Source: Anaerolineales bacterium (GTDB lineage Bacteria; Chloroflexota; Anaerolineae; Anaerolineales; UBA11858). From it: a DNA stretch of 62,103 bases. The position numbers and the translations under genes were made by a program. Shown here piece after piece: positions 25,945 through 34,790 of this stretch (position 1 is the stretch's first letter; each line of letters starts with the position of its first letter). The notes beneath the pieces were generated by a model that saw only the letters and a list, made by a program, of their open reading frames with translations, did not search any database and was not told the origin of the DNA. The stretch spans positions 1 to 62,103 of the forward strand of contig JASFVL010000002.1 in the NCBI GenBank assembly GCA_050049875.1. Direction: 5' to 3'.

Positions 25945-26520
25945 ATGACGCAAAATTATCCTTTTCAGGCGGAACACGTCTTCCTGCGGGCTTTTGAGCC
26001 TGAGGACGTTCCCGCTTTATACGCCTATCTCAACCATCCGGAATTAGCCGGGCGCCGCTATATCTCCTGGCGCTTCCCCAGCGAACTTCCGCTTCCTAAG
26101 GGAAAGGTGGAAAGCGTACTCGAAAAGTGGCAGGAGGATGAAAAGGCTTTCCATCTGGCGGTGATCCTGCGGCCGGAGGGGGAGTTAATCGGTCACGCCA
26201 GTTGCGATTGGGGATGGGACCCACATTGTCCGGGGGTGGAGCTGGTCATCGATCCGGAGTATCAGCGCTTGGGTTACGGGGGTGAGGTTCTGGAACTTTT
26301 GCTCCAATATCTATTTGGCAACACCGCCGCCCACAACGTCTCGATCTGGATCGCTGACTGGAACCAAGGTGGGCTGGCTTTCGCCCAGCGGCACGGTTTT
26401 ATAGAGGCTGGCAGAATGCGGCGGGCAGGATTTCGGGGAGGGGAATACTTCGATGTGGTGGTCATGGACATTTTGCGCCCTGAGTGGGAGGTGCGAGGAG
26501 GTGGTGACAATGACGCTTGA
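25945..26520 (+). CDS. GNAT family N-acetyltransferase (RimJ/RimL-like)
   Basis: Track ORF 25762-26520 trimmed to ATG 25945, which follows GGAGG 25933-25937. The longer form would overlap the tRNA. Contains QRLGYGGEVLELLLQYLF. Confidence 0.82.
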   Translation: MTQNYPFQAEHVFLRAFEPEDVPALYAYLNHPELAGRRYISWRFPSELPLPKGKVESVLEKWQEDEKAFHLAVILRPEGELIGHASCDWGWDPHCPGVELVIDPEYQRLGYGGEVLELLLQYLFGNTAAHNVSIWIADWNQGGLAFAQRHGFIEAGRMRRAGFRGGEYFDVVVMDILRPEWEVRGGGDNDA

Positions 26521-27112
26521 AGGAGAACGAATCCTGCTGCGCGAGGAGCGGCCCGGAGATATGCAGTTTTTGGCAGACCTGCGCAATGACCTGGCGACCC
26601 AGGCTTGGAGCAAAACACTGCCCCCGGATTACACCGAAAAGATGGTCATGGGGCGCTTTGAGAAGCGCGAATTTTCCTACGACCGCAACGATGGGCGCTT
26701 CATGATCGAGTTAAAAGAGACCGGTGAGTGCGCCGGCAGCGTGGTGTACTCCGGTTTGGATCCTCGCTGGGACGTGACCATCGGCATCCAGATCGCAAGA
26801 CCCTTCTGGGGCACGGGGGTGGCATACGACACGCAAGAGGTGCTGTTGGCGTTCCTCTTCCAAGAGTTGGGGCTGCGAGTGGTGCGCCTGTGGACTCACA
26901 GCGGCAACCCGCGCGCCGTAGGGCTGGCGGAAAAATCAGGCTTCAAAGTCTCCGTGCGGCAGCGCCAGTCCATCTTCAAAGGCGGTCAATTGTACGATAA
27001 CCTGATGATGGACCTGCTGCGAGAGGAATATTACGCTTTATACCCAGAGCTGACGGATAATCTGCCCCCATTGGGGTTGCTACTCCAGTCAGAAACGCGG
27101 CGTACCAGCTGA
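26510..27112 (+). CDS. GNAT family N-acetyltransferase (RimJ/RimL-like), tandem to previous
   Basis: ATG 26510 follows GAGGAGG and overlaps the upstream stop by 11 nt. Contains FWGTGVAYDTQEVLLAFLFQELGLRVVRLWTHSGNPRAVGLAEKSGF. Confidence 0.82.
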   Translation: MTLEGERILLREERPGDMQFLADLRNDLATQAWSKTLPPDYTEKMVMGRFEKREFSYDRNDGRFMIELKETGECAGSVVYSGLDPRWDVTIGIQIARPFWGTGVAYDTQEVLLAFLFQELGLRVVRLWTHSGNPRAVGLAEKSGFKVSVRQRQSIFKGGQLYDNLMMDLLREEYYALYPELTDNLPPLGLLLQSETRRTS

Positions 27113-27190
27113 ACTTTCGTGTATAATGGACGCCGGATTTTTCTAACCATTTAACCAAGAAACACTTTTTAAGGAACGAGAGAGACAATT

Positions 27191-28966
27191 ATGACCACAA
27201 CGTACAACCTAACCCGCTGGAGCCTTGATGACCTTTTCCCTGCCCACGACAGCTCAGAGCTGGAGGCGGCCTTTGAGGAGTTGGAGACCAAAGTCGGTCA
27301 ATTCGAGGCCCTGCGCGAGGATTTAGTCCCCGAGATCGACTTTGAGGAGTTCATGGACGCCGTCAAGGGGATGGAGAAGATCACTGCCCTGTTTCAGCGC
27401 GTGAGTTCCTACGCCGGACTTTTGTTCTCTGAGGACACTCAGAACCAGGAAGCGCAGGCTTTGGAAGCCCGCGTCCAGCAGTTCACGGCTGAACTTTACA
27501 ATCGCGTGCTCTTCTTTGAGCTGTGGTGGAAGGAGCTCGACGACGAGAACGCCGAGCGGCTGATGGCCCGATCTGATGGTTACCGCTATTGGCTGGAGGA
27601 GATGCGCCACTTCAAGCCGCACACGCTCACAGAGCCCGAGGAGAAAATCGTCAACATCAAGAACGTAACCGGCAACAACGCCCTCGTCAGGCTTTATGAC
27701 TCGATCACCAACCGCTACGTCTTCAAGGTGGAGGTAGATGGCCAGGTCAAAGAGATGACCCGCGGTCAACTGAGCGTCTTGGTTCGCAGCCACGACCCTG
27801 ACTTACGGGCTGCGGCTTACCAAGAACTGTATCGCGTATTTGGGGACGACGGACCGATCCTGGGGCAGATGTACCAGACGCTGATCCGTGATTGGCATTC
27901 CGAGAATGTGGGGTTGCGCAATTACACCAGCCCGATATCTAAGCGCAATCTGGTCAACGACCTGCCCGATGAAGTCGTCGATACGCTTTTGGATGTTTGT
28001 GAGCAGAACGCGCCCCTTTTCCAGCGCTTCTTCAAGCTGAAAGCCAAGTGGCTGGGAATGGAGCGTCTGCGCCGCTACGACATTTACGCCCCGGTCGCTG
28101 AATCCGACAAGAGCTATGATTTCAACGAGGCGGTCCATCTGGTGCTGGAGTCGTTCCATGATTTCGAGCCGCGCATCGCCCAACTAGCCCAGCGAGTTTT
28201 CGAGGAAGAGCACATCGACAGCGAAGTCCGCAAAGGCAAACAAGATGGGGCCTTTTGCGCCTCCGTTGAGCCTGGGGTGACGCCTTGGGTGCTGCAGAAT
28301 TTCCAAGGTAAAGCAGACGATGTAGCTACTTTGGCTCACGAACTGGGCCACGCCATCCACTCGATGATGGCTGCCCACCACACCATGTTCACTTTTCACT
28401 CGGCGCTGCCTTTGGCGGAGAACGCTTCCACCTTCGGCGAGATGCTGCTGATCGACCGCCTGCTGGAAGAGGAGGACGACCCCGACGTGCGCCGCGATAT
28501 CCTCTTCCGCCAGGTGGATGATGCTTACGCCACCATCATGCGCCAGGCTTTCTTCGCCCTTTTCGAGCGCACCGCCCACGACATGGTTCAGGAGGGCGTC
28601 ACAGTGGATGGCTTGTCCGAGGCTTACATGGAGAACATCAAGACTCAATTTGGAGACGCTGTTGAGTTGAGCGAGGAATTCCGCTGGGAGTGGGTTTCCA
28701 TCCCCCATTTCCTGCGTGTGCCATTCTATGTGTATGCCTACGCTTTTGGACAGCTGCTGGTGCTCTCACTTTACCAGCAGTACCGGGAGGAGGGCGGAGC
28801 CTTCAAACCCCGCTACATCAAAATCTTGGAAGCCGGCGGCTCCGATTCCCCCATGCGCATCTTGGGGGAAGCCGGCATCGACATCAGCAAGGCTGAGTTC
28901 TGGCAGGGCGGCTTCAACGTGCTCGAAGACATGATTGAGCAGTTGGAAGCCATCCCGGTAACCTAG
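27191..28966 (+). CDS. pepF: M3B family oligoendopeptidase F
   Basis: 591 aa with zinc motif TLAHELGHAIH and typical PepF length and architecture. Confidence 0.9.
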   Translation: MTTTYNLTRWSLDDLFPAHDSSELEAAFEELETKVGQFEALREDLVPEIDFEEFMDAVKGMEKITALFQRVSSYAGLLFSEDTQNQEAQALEARVQQFTAELYNRVLFFELWWKELDDENAERLMARSDGYRYWLEEMRHFKPHTLTEPEEKIVNIKNVTGNNALVRLYDSITNRYVFKVEVDGQVKEMTRGQLSVLVRSHDPDLRAAAYQELYRVFGDDGPILGQMYQTLIRDWHSENVGLRNYTSPISKRNLVNDLPDEVVDTLLDVCEQNAPLFQRFFKLKAKWLGMERLRRYDIYAPVAESDKSYDFNEAVHLVLESFHDFEPRIAQLAQRVFEEEHIDSEVRKGKQDGAFCASVEPGVTPWVLQNFQGKADDVATLAHELGHAIHSMMAAHHTMFTFHSALPLAENASTFGEMLLIDRLLEEEDDPDVRRDILFRQVDDAYATIMRQAFFALFERTAHDMVQEGVTVDGLSEAYMENIKTQFGDAVELSEEFRWEWVSIPHFLRVPFYVYAYAFGQLLVLSLYQQYREEGGAFKPRYIKILEAGGSDSPMRILGEAGIDISKAEFWQGGFNVLEDMIEQLEAIPVT

Positions 28967-28991
28967 ATGACTTTTTAGGCGGAAATTGAAG

Positions 28992-29020
28992 ACGCCCCGC
29001 TGATGTGTGGGGCGTTTTCT
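28992..29020. terminator. Hairpin between convergent pepF and GTPase genes
   Basis: ACGCCCC-GCTGATGTGT-GGGGCGT, followed by TTTTCT on the plus strand. Confidence 0.55.
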
Positions 29021-29087
29021 GGTTAAGGAAGCGCGGATCTGTGTCTTAAGCTCGATCCGGTTGGGCGGTTCTTGTTCGGAGATGGGA

Positions 29088-30083
29088 TTAGATGCTCAAT
29101 TCGATCACATCCCCGTCCTGCAGTTCATGGTCGCGGCTGACCATTTGCCCTTCAAAGGCGGCGCTCTGCCCCCAGATGCGAGCAGCCTTCAGGTTTTCGT
29201 AGAAATCTTGATGCACTTTGCGAGCGAATTCGGCAACTGTGCTGCCCTTGGGCATCACGAAGGGGGAGTTCAGATCTGGCTCTTGACCCGGTGCTTTTGA
29301 ATACACCCGGATGATGCCTAAGCGCTGGTAGATGGTTTTTTTCATCTTCTTCAGGTTGCGGCCGCTCTTTACCGAGACGGGCATCATGGGGCAATCCCCT
29401 TCCAGGAGTTGGCGAAAGATTTCGTATAGCTCGAAATCGTATTCATCGTCGCATTTATTGGCCAGCACCAGACAGGGCTTGAAGAAATAGCGGCGCAGTC
29501 CCCCCTCGGAGTACTCATCCGCCATATGCTGGGGGATGATGCGCTGGGCGCGCAGCAATGCGAGCGAATCTTCAAGCTGTTGGACGGGGTCCGTTTCAAG
29601 GTCCACCATCAGCAGCAGTAAGTCAGCTTTACGCAGCAGGTTGAACATATCCGCTTCAACGTACTCAGGGTTCAGGGGCGGGGTATCGATCAGTTGCACC
29701 TGGATGTTTCTGATGGGCATCATCCCTGGGGTGGGCTGCCACGTGGTGAAGGGCGCTTCGGAGACCTCTGGGCTGGCGTTTGTCAGCTTATCAACTAGGG
29801 AGGATTTGCCCACGTTGGCAGGGCCGATCACCACCACCTGCCCGGCGCCTTCCTTGCTGATGTTGTAGACTGAGACTTGCCGGCTGGTGCTTTTTTTGGA
29901 GCGCGCTGCGGTCTTCAGTTTGGAGAGCTTGCGGCGCAGGTTAGCCCGCAGGTGGTCGGTGCCCTTATGCTTGGGGATGGTGCTGAGCAGCTCTTCTAGC
30001 AGGGTGGCTTTTTCAACCGCGTCCGTGGCGGCTTTATACTGCTTTTCGACCTCGTAATATTCCGGCGGTAGGTTGGTAGGCAT
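29088..30083 (-). CDS. OBG-class GTPase of the DRG/Rbg type with C-terminal TGS domain
   Basis: 331 aa. N-terminal helical region KHKGTDHLRANLRRKLSKLK, G1 GPANVGKSS, G3 DTPP, G4 NKCD, and a C-terminal TGS-like segment GQMVSRDHELQDGDVIEL. Confidence 0.82.
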   Translation of the reverse strand: MPTNLPPEYYEVEKQYKAATDAVEKATLLEELLSTIPKHKGTDHLRANLRRKLSKLKTAARSKKSTSRQVSVYNISKEGAGQVVVIGPANVGKSSLVDKLTNASPEVSEAPFTTWQPTPGMMPIRNIQVQLIDTPPLNPEYVEADMFNLLRKADLLLLMVDLETDPVQQLEDSLALLRAQRIIPQHMADEYSEGGLRRYFFKPCLVLANKCDDEYDFELYEIFRQLLEGDCPMMPVSVKSGRNLKKMKKTIYQRLGIIRVYSKAPGQEPDLNSPFVMPKGSTVAEFARKVHQDFYENLKAARIWGQSAAFEGQMVSRDHELQDGDVIELSI

Positions 30084-30227
30084 GACTTCAGTTCGTTTCA
30101 GGTTGTTCCTGAAGGGTTGATATCGTTTGTTTCCGTCCGCAGATAGATTTTACCCTGATTTTCTCCCCATTGCTGCAAAAAACGCCCTCAAAACTAATCA
30201 CCATTGTTTTACATGGGGCTTTGTAAA

Positions 30228-30431
30228 TCAAACATCTCTCGTGGAAGTTGACGAATTTGAACCGCCACTGGGGGGTTTTTGTTTTAATTGAGCTTTCAAT
30301 CGCTCTAGCTGCTCCTCCAGGTCCTCCAGTTGCTGGAGCAAAGCCGGGCTGACCGAATGGGCCGGCCACTGCTGTTTCAATTCTTCGATTTCACCCTCTA
30401 GCTGGCGAATTTTGTCCTCTATATGGCTCAT
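30228..30431 (-). CDS. Small coiled-coil protein (67 aa)
   Basis: Track ORF trimmed to ATG 30431. Begins MSHIEDKIRQLEGEIEELKQQWPAHSVSPALLQQLEDLEEQLERLKAQL. Heptad-rich. Function unknown. Confidence 0.5.
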   Translation of the reverse strand: MSHIEDKIRQLEGEIEELKQQWPAHSVSPALLQQLEDLEEQLERLKAQLKQKPPSGGSNSSTSTRDV

Positions 30432-30493
30432 GTGTAGATACGATCCTTCTCTTGTGAAGTGTTGATCCCTGTGAATAAATAAAGAAAATCGCC

Positions 30494-30520
30494 CACGAAT
30501 TCCACGAATTGACACGAATT
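30494..30520. repeat. Triple direct repeat CACGAATT
   Basis: CACGAATT occurs at 30494, 30503 and 30513 (period 9-10 bp), upstream of the small coiled-coil gene on the minus strand. Confidence 0.6.
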
Positions 30521-30789
30521 ATCGTAAACTGGCCTTCGGCAGATGCGTGCCCTGGTCTTCAAACCAGGGATTCTGCACCAACGGTTTGCGAAGTCGCCCT
30601 GCGGGGGCAGGCTTCGTAATAGTTGCCCGCGAAGCGCTCCCGTTCTCTTTGAGAACGTAGTATCTCAAAGAGAGAAAGGGAGATTCCATTGATAATCAAC
30701 GACTTTCGCGAAGCACCCAGAGGGCAGTCGCCGGGTATCTCGATAGACTCATATCCAACTGATGCGGAGATTGACTCATTCAATATGTC

Positions 30790-31425
30790 CTAAATCCAAC
30801 CCAGTGCCACCCCGAAAACCAGGATAGCGAGGATATCCACCGCGTAGATGATCCCCACCGTGATGGTTTTCTTCCTGACCGTATCCATATCGTGCACCCA
30901 GAAGGAGACCAGGAAGAAGTGCAGGTAGCCGAAGAGGAAGATCAACCAGGGAGAGTTGGCGTCCCACCAGGGCCAATCCCAGGTCAGCGCCCCGACTGCG
31001 TTCAGCAGCACTTCCACAAAAACGGCAAACGCTGACCCGGCGATGGCGATGAACAAACGGTTGGGGATCCCCAACACCTTGATGCCTTTATCGGGGGGCA
31101 GCATCTTGCCGAAGGCGATCCCGGCAATGGCGAACATGAAGCTAATTTCGATGTTCAACCCGATCAGGATCAGGTAGGCTGTGTCGCCCGGAGCTCCCCA
31201 TACCGGGGCTTCACCCGAAAAGTGGAAGAACAGCGAGTTCCAAATCTCGTTGAACCAGTCCATCCCCCAAAAAGCCAAACCGGCGAAGACCAGGTTCCAG
31301 TTGCGCCGCTCGACCTCCACGGCGTAGATGTAGACTACGAAAGCGAAGAGCGGGATGACGTACCATTGGAATTGGCTCCCATCCCGCAGGATGCTGAGGG
31401 CTTGTGTGGCAGATTCGGTAGGCAT
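30790..31425 (-). CDS. Integral membrane protein, unknown function
   Basis: 211 aa with about 6 hydrophobic helices and Trp-rich loops (WDWPWWDANSPW). Lies 27 nt downstream of the HMG-CoA reductase gene on the same strand. Confidence 0.65.
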   Translation of the reverse strand: MPTESATQALSILRDGSQFQWYVIPLFAFVVYIYAVEVERRNWNLVFAGLAFWGMDWFNEIWNSLFFHFSGEAPVWGAPGDTAYLILIGLNIEISFMFAIAGIAFGKMLPPDKGIKVLGIPNRLFIAIAGSAFAVFVEVLLNAVGALTWDWPWWDANSPWLIFLFGYLHFFLVSFWVHDMDTVRKKTITVGIIYAVDILAILVFGVALGWI

Positions 31426-31452
31426 GGTAGCGCTCCAAAAATTTGTGGAATA

Positions 31453-32994
31453 TTAGCGGTTTCGTCCATAGCGCTCGTGGCTGGAAACCCAATCGGTGGA
31501 AATGATGGCAGCAGCTAAAGAGATCTCTCCAGCCATCACTGCCCCCGCTACAATCTCGGCGAACTTGTTAACTTTGCCCTTCCCGTAGCAGCCCAGCAGT
31601 TCCAGGCACTCGCGCTGGGTTGCCAGACCAGTCCCGCCGCCGTAGGTGGCCACGATCAGCGAAGGGATCGTGATGGAGAGGTAAATATCGTTCTTGGGGG
31701 TCAGTTCGGTGTAGATGATCCCGGCGGAGGACTCTGAGACGTTGGCTACGTCTTGACCGGTGGCGATGAACATGGCAGTGATGGCGTTGGCTGAGTGCAG
31801 ACCGTTATTGTTGGCTCCGGAGAGAATCGCTCCCACGTTAGAAATCCCATGCAGGTAGGTAAAGCTCTCCGGTTCGACGCGCATGTGCTGGATGAGCACT
31901 TCGCGCTTGACCGTGGCCTCGGCGGTGACGCGCTTGCCGCGCGTGCGCATGATGTTGATCTGGGAGGCCTTCTTGTCGGTGGCAAAATTGGATTCCAGGT
32001 AGAAGTGCTTGACCCCGGCGTAATTGTCAATGATCCAACTGCAGGCCGCGAAGGTGGCGCGCCCCACCATGTTTTGCCCGGCGGCATCCCCGGTTCGGAA
32101 GTTGAAGCGCAGATAGACGAATTTGTTCGCAAGGTAGGGATCCACATACGCCAGTTCGGCTACGTTGGAAGTCGCTTCGGCTTCATCCCGGATTTGAGGC
32201 ATATTTTCTTGTACCCACTTGACGAACTCGCGCCCCTCGCGAGCGTCGTTGAACACGAAAACCGGCGCCCGCTGCATGACGTCGTCCACCACGGTGCACT
32301 TGACGCCGCCGCTCAGGTTGAGCACCTTCATGCCGCGGTTATAGGAAGCCACCAGCGTCCCTTCTGTGGTGGCTAGGGGGATCAGGAACTCCCCCTGGGA
32401 GTGCTCGCCGTTGACCTGGAGCGGGCCGGCGAAACCGATGGGCACCTGCGCCACCCCGGTGAAGTTCTCAATGTTCCCCTTGGTGGTATGGGGGTCGAAG
32501 GAGTATTGAGTCAGGTGCTCCAGCTTTTTGCCAGTGTAGGTCTCGACGAAACCCTGCCGCTCTCGGATAATGCTCTCCTGGTAATCGTCTGTGCTGTCAC
32601 GCGGGATACGCACGAGATGCTCGTCCGGCTCGGTGATGGCGTCATCCACACTGAAGCTCAGCTTCCCGAAGGGCTTGGCCTTGAAGGTGATCTCGATCTT
32701 GTGCTTGCCCATCTCCAAGGCAGCAATGTCCACTGAAATGTCCACAATCCTGCGCAGGGGGAAATCCACCGGGTTGTCGGGGGATATTTGATCGGGTTTG
32801 AGTCCTTCCCCATCCCCCAGGTCCATGCGGATGGCCTCTTTAGGGATCGATTTCCCATCGATCTTAATGCTCACTAACTCGGTTAAACTGGCGTCGCTGA
32901 GGCGGTTCTTGAGGGAGAATTTGATCCCCCTCTCCAAGTTCTCCAAGCTCCCGAAAGTATAAAGTTGTTTGAGGATCAGACTGGGGATGAACAT
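31453..32994 (-). CDS. Class I hydroxymethylglutaryl-CoA reductase with ~120-aa N-terminal extension
   Basis: 513 aa. Catalytic-domain motifs LATTEGTLVASYNRG, TGDAAGQNMV and ATYGGGTGL match the class I (eukaryote/archaeal type) enzyme. Residues 1 to about 125 are an unrelated, beta-rich-looking domain. Confidence 0.85.
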   Translation of the reverse strand: MFIPSLILKQLYTFGSLENLERGIKFSLKNRLSDASLTELVSIKIDGKSIPKEAIRMDLGDGEGLKPDQISPDNPVDFPLRRIVDISVDIAALEMGKHKIEITFKAKPFGKLSFSVDDAITEPDEHLVRIPRDSTDDYQESIIRERQGFVETYTGKKLEHLTQYSFDPHTTKGNIENFTGVAQVPIGFAGPLQVNGEHSQGEFLIPLATTEGTLVASYNRGMKVLNLSGGVKCTVVDDVMQRAPVFVFNDAREGREFVKWVQENMPQIRDEAEATSNVAELAYVDPYLANKFVYLRFNFRTGDAAGQNMVGRATFAACSWIIDNYAGVKHFYLESNFATDKKASQINIMRTRGKRVTAEATVKREVLIQHMRVEPESFTYLHGISNVGAILSGANNNGLHSANAITAMFIATGQDVANVSESSAGIIYTELTPKNDIYLSITIPSLIVATYGGGTGLATQRECLELLGCYGKGKVNKFAEIVAGAVMAGEISLAAAIISTDWVSSHERYGRNR

Positions 32995-33067
32995 CGCTTT
33001 CCTCCGTATCGGTCATAACGACGAGAATTCCATACCATTAGGGTATTTTTTGGAACCCTCACCCCAA

Positions 33068-33135
33068 CCCCTCCCCCAATTCGGGGGAGGGGCTAATGGC
33101 GCTAGGTGTTTTTTGGGCGGTAAAACCGCCCAAAA
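33068..33135. repeat. Two perfect 10-bp-stem hairpins
   Basis: CCCCTCCCCC-AATTC-GGGGGAGGGG at 33068-33092. TTTTGGGCGG-TAAAA-CCGCCCAAAA at 33111-33135. The second has the same core as the hairpin inside MITE copy A. Confidence 0.6.
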
Positions 33136-33151
33136 TTACCTTTATATCCTG

Positions 33152-33246
33152 TCCCCCACTCCTGGGAGGAAGGGAACCGTGGGGATGGGATCCGATGAAT
33201 ACGATTGGGTAATGAATCATTTAAAACTGTTCGCTGTCAAAATTTC
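33152..33246. repeat. Dispersed ~95-nt repeat, copy R2
   Basis: TCCCCCACTCCTGGGAGGAAGGGAACCGTGGGGATGGGATCCGATGAATACGATTGGGTAATGAATCATTTAAAACTGTTCGCTGTCAAAA. Homologous to 25542-25634. Confidence 0.55.
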
Positions 33247-33267
33247 TGGTACCAAATATTAGATGAT

Positions 33268-34020
33268 CTAGTCGTCCTCGTATGACACCATGATCGGCAG
33301 TTTGCGGGCGTGATCGACGGTGTAGCGGGCTTCGGCGGGCAGCGTGGCGATGCCCTCAAAGCCAGTCCGTTCGACGAACTCAACCACCATAGTGCGCAAC
33401 TCGTGCGGGTCCCAAGAGGCCATCTTCTCGACGCTGTCCACGCCGGCGTCGACGTAAAGCCGGGCGCGCACCCCCTTCACCCCAGGGATGCGCGCCAGAT
33501 CGGACAGCCTGACCAATTCCAGAATGCTCTCCAACGGGACGCCGCTTTTTTCTGCAAGAGTTTTTCTGTCTGCGGGCGTTTTCCCTGCTTTTAACATCTG
33601 CTTGATGTTTCTGATGCCAACGGCAGCCAGTTTCTCGACATGCTCGCTTTGCACGCCGCGAAAATCCTTAAGCGCGAAGGGTTTGCGCTGGATGCGCTCC
33701 TGGCGCAGTGCGTTGGATAGATGCTCCAGGTCATCATTCTCTACGAACTGGTAGTAGTAGCGCAGCGCCCACAGGTGTGTTTTGGCGGACGTTTTCGAGG
33801 CGCGCTCGACCCAATCCACGTAGCTCCGCAGTTCTTCATCGCCGGCATCATCCAGAGCCGCCCCGTGCGCCTCCAAATATCCCTGGTACTCCTTGAGGTG
33901 GGCGATGACCCGCTTGATGGCGCTGGGAGAGCGCCCGCCTCTTTTTAGAAAAGTTCGAAAATCCGCTTCCTTCACCGCTTGTCCCTCCAACCCCTCATGT
34001 TTGACAATCATCACGACCAT
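33268..34020 (-). CDS. DUF4332 (helix-hairpin-helix) domain-containing protein
   Basis: 250 aa. The C-terminal half has HhH-like LAAVGIRNIKQML..LARIPGVKGVRARLYVDAGV. The N-terminal region resembles a SAM-like core-binding domain, but there is no recombinase catalytic domain. Confidence 0.6.
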   Translation of the reverse strand: MVVMIVKHEGLEGQAVKEADFRTFLKRGGRSPSAIKRVIAHLKEYQGYLEAHGAALDDAGDEELRSYVDWVERASKTSAKTHLWALRYYYQFVENDDLEHLSNALRQERIQRKPFALKDFRGVQSEHVEKLAAVGIRNIKQMLKAGKTPADRKTLAEKSGVPLESILELVRLSDLARIPGVKGVRARLYVDAGVDSVEKMASWDPHELRTMVVEFVERTGFEGIATLPAEARYTVDHARKLPIMVSYEDD

Positions 34021-34223
34021 CTCGGATGGCCTCGCCCGACCCTAATTTTACTCCAGCCCGGCGCTTACCACCACAAATTTCCAGGGCTGATCCAGTCCGA
34101 TGGGGCGCGCCAGCACCAGGTCCGCAGGTGGATCTGGGACCTGATTTGTTAACAATAAGCTTTCAGAGAGTTTTGCGTTCCAGGTTGACCTCGATCTGAG
34201 GTCGCAATCAGAGTAAGCCCTTG

Positions 34224-34589
34224 TTATTCGGCTGTTTCCTCTGGCAGTTCTGGCTCCTCCGGTTTGCGGTCGAGCATTTGCATTTGATTGGCGATCACTT
34301 TGGTGTAATATTGAGTTTCACCTTCACGCTCGACGCGATCGGTCTGCAGGCGCCCTTCGATGAACACCAGGCGCCCTTTGCTGAGGTACTCCTGGCAGAT
34401 CTCCCCCAGGCGTCCCCAGGCATCCACGTTGAACCAGTCGGTGGCTTCTCTGGCTTCCCCTTCGCTGGATTTCCAGCGGCGGGTGACCGCCACGCTGAAG
34501 TTGCACACTTTGCTGCCGGTGGGCGTGAAGCGCGTTTCTGGATCCCTTCCCAGGTAACCAATGAGTTGGACGCGATTTAGTCCGGCCAT
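34224..34589 (-). CDS. ssb: Single-stranded DNA-binding protein
   Basis: 121 aa. Begins LNRVQLIGYLGRDPETRFTPTGSKVCNFSVAV..WFNVDAWGRLGE. Acidic C-terminal tail EEPELPEETAE. Confidence 0.92.
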   Translation of the reverse strand: MAGLNRVQLIGYLGRDPETRFTPTGSKVCNFSVAVTRRWKSSEGEAREATDWFNVDAWGRLGEICQEYLSKGRLVFIEGRLQTDRVEREGETQYYTKVIANQMQMLDRKPEEPELPEETAE

Positions 34590-34790
34590 ATTTCCTCCTT
34601 ATATGATAGGTATCATTTTGAGGCAATTCAATTATAATGCAATAAGTGTGATTAATACGCCAGGCGCGAGTCAGGCGTTTTTCCAACGTGAGACTCCCTC
34701 TCCCTGTTGCAGCCTGCGCCAAAGACTGGTATCCTTACGGTGGGTAACACCGGCACGAAAATCTTCAAGATTAAGGATCACCAATCTGCT

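Noticed and set aside
30559-30783. 74-aa minus-strand ORF
   Set aside because: It has no RBS, and the sequence is dominated by hairpin-forming repeats. I treat it as a structured non-coding region.
33268-34020. Possible phage-type integrase (N-terminal SAM-like core-binding motif)
   Set aside because: There is no tyrosine-recombinase catalytic domain (no R..HxxR..Y region). The C-terminal half looks like DUF4332/HhH instead.
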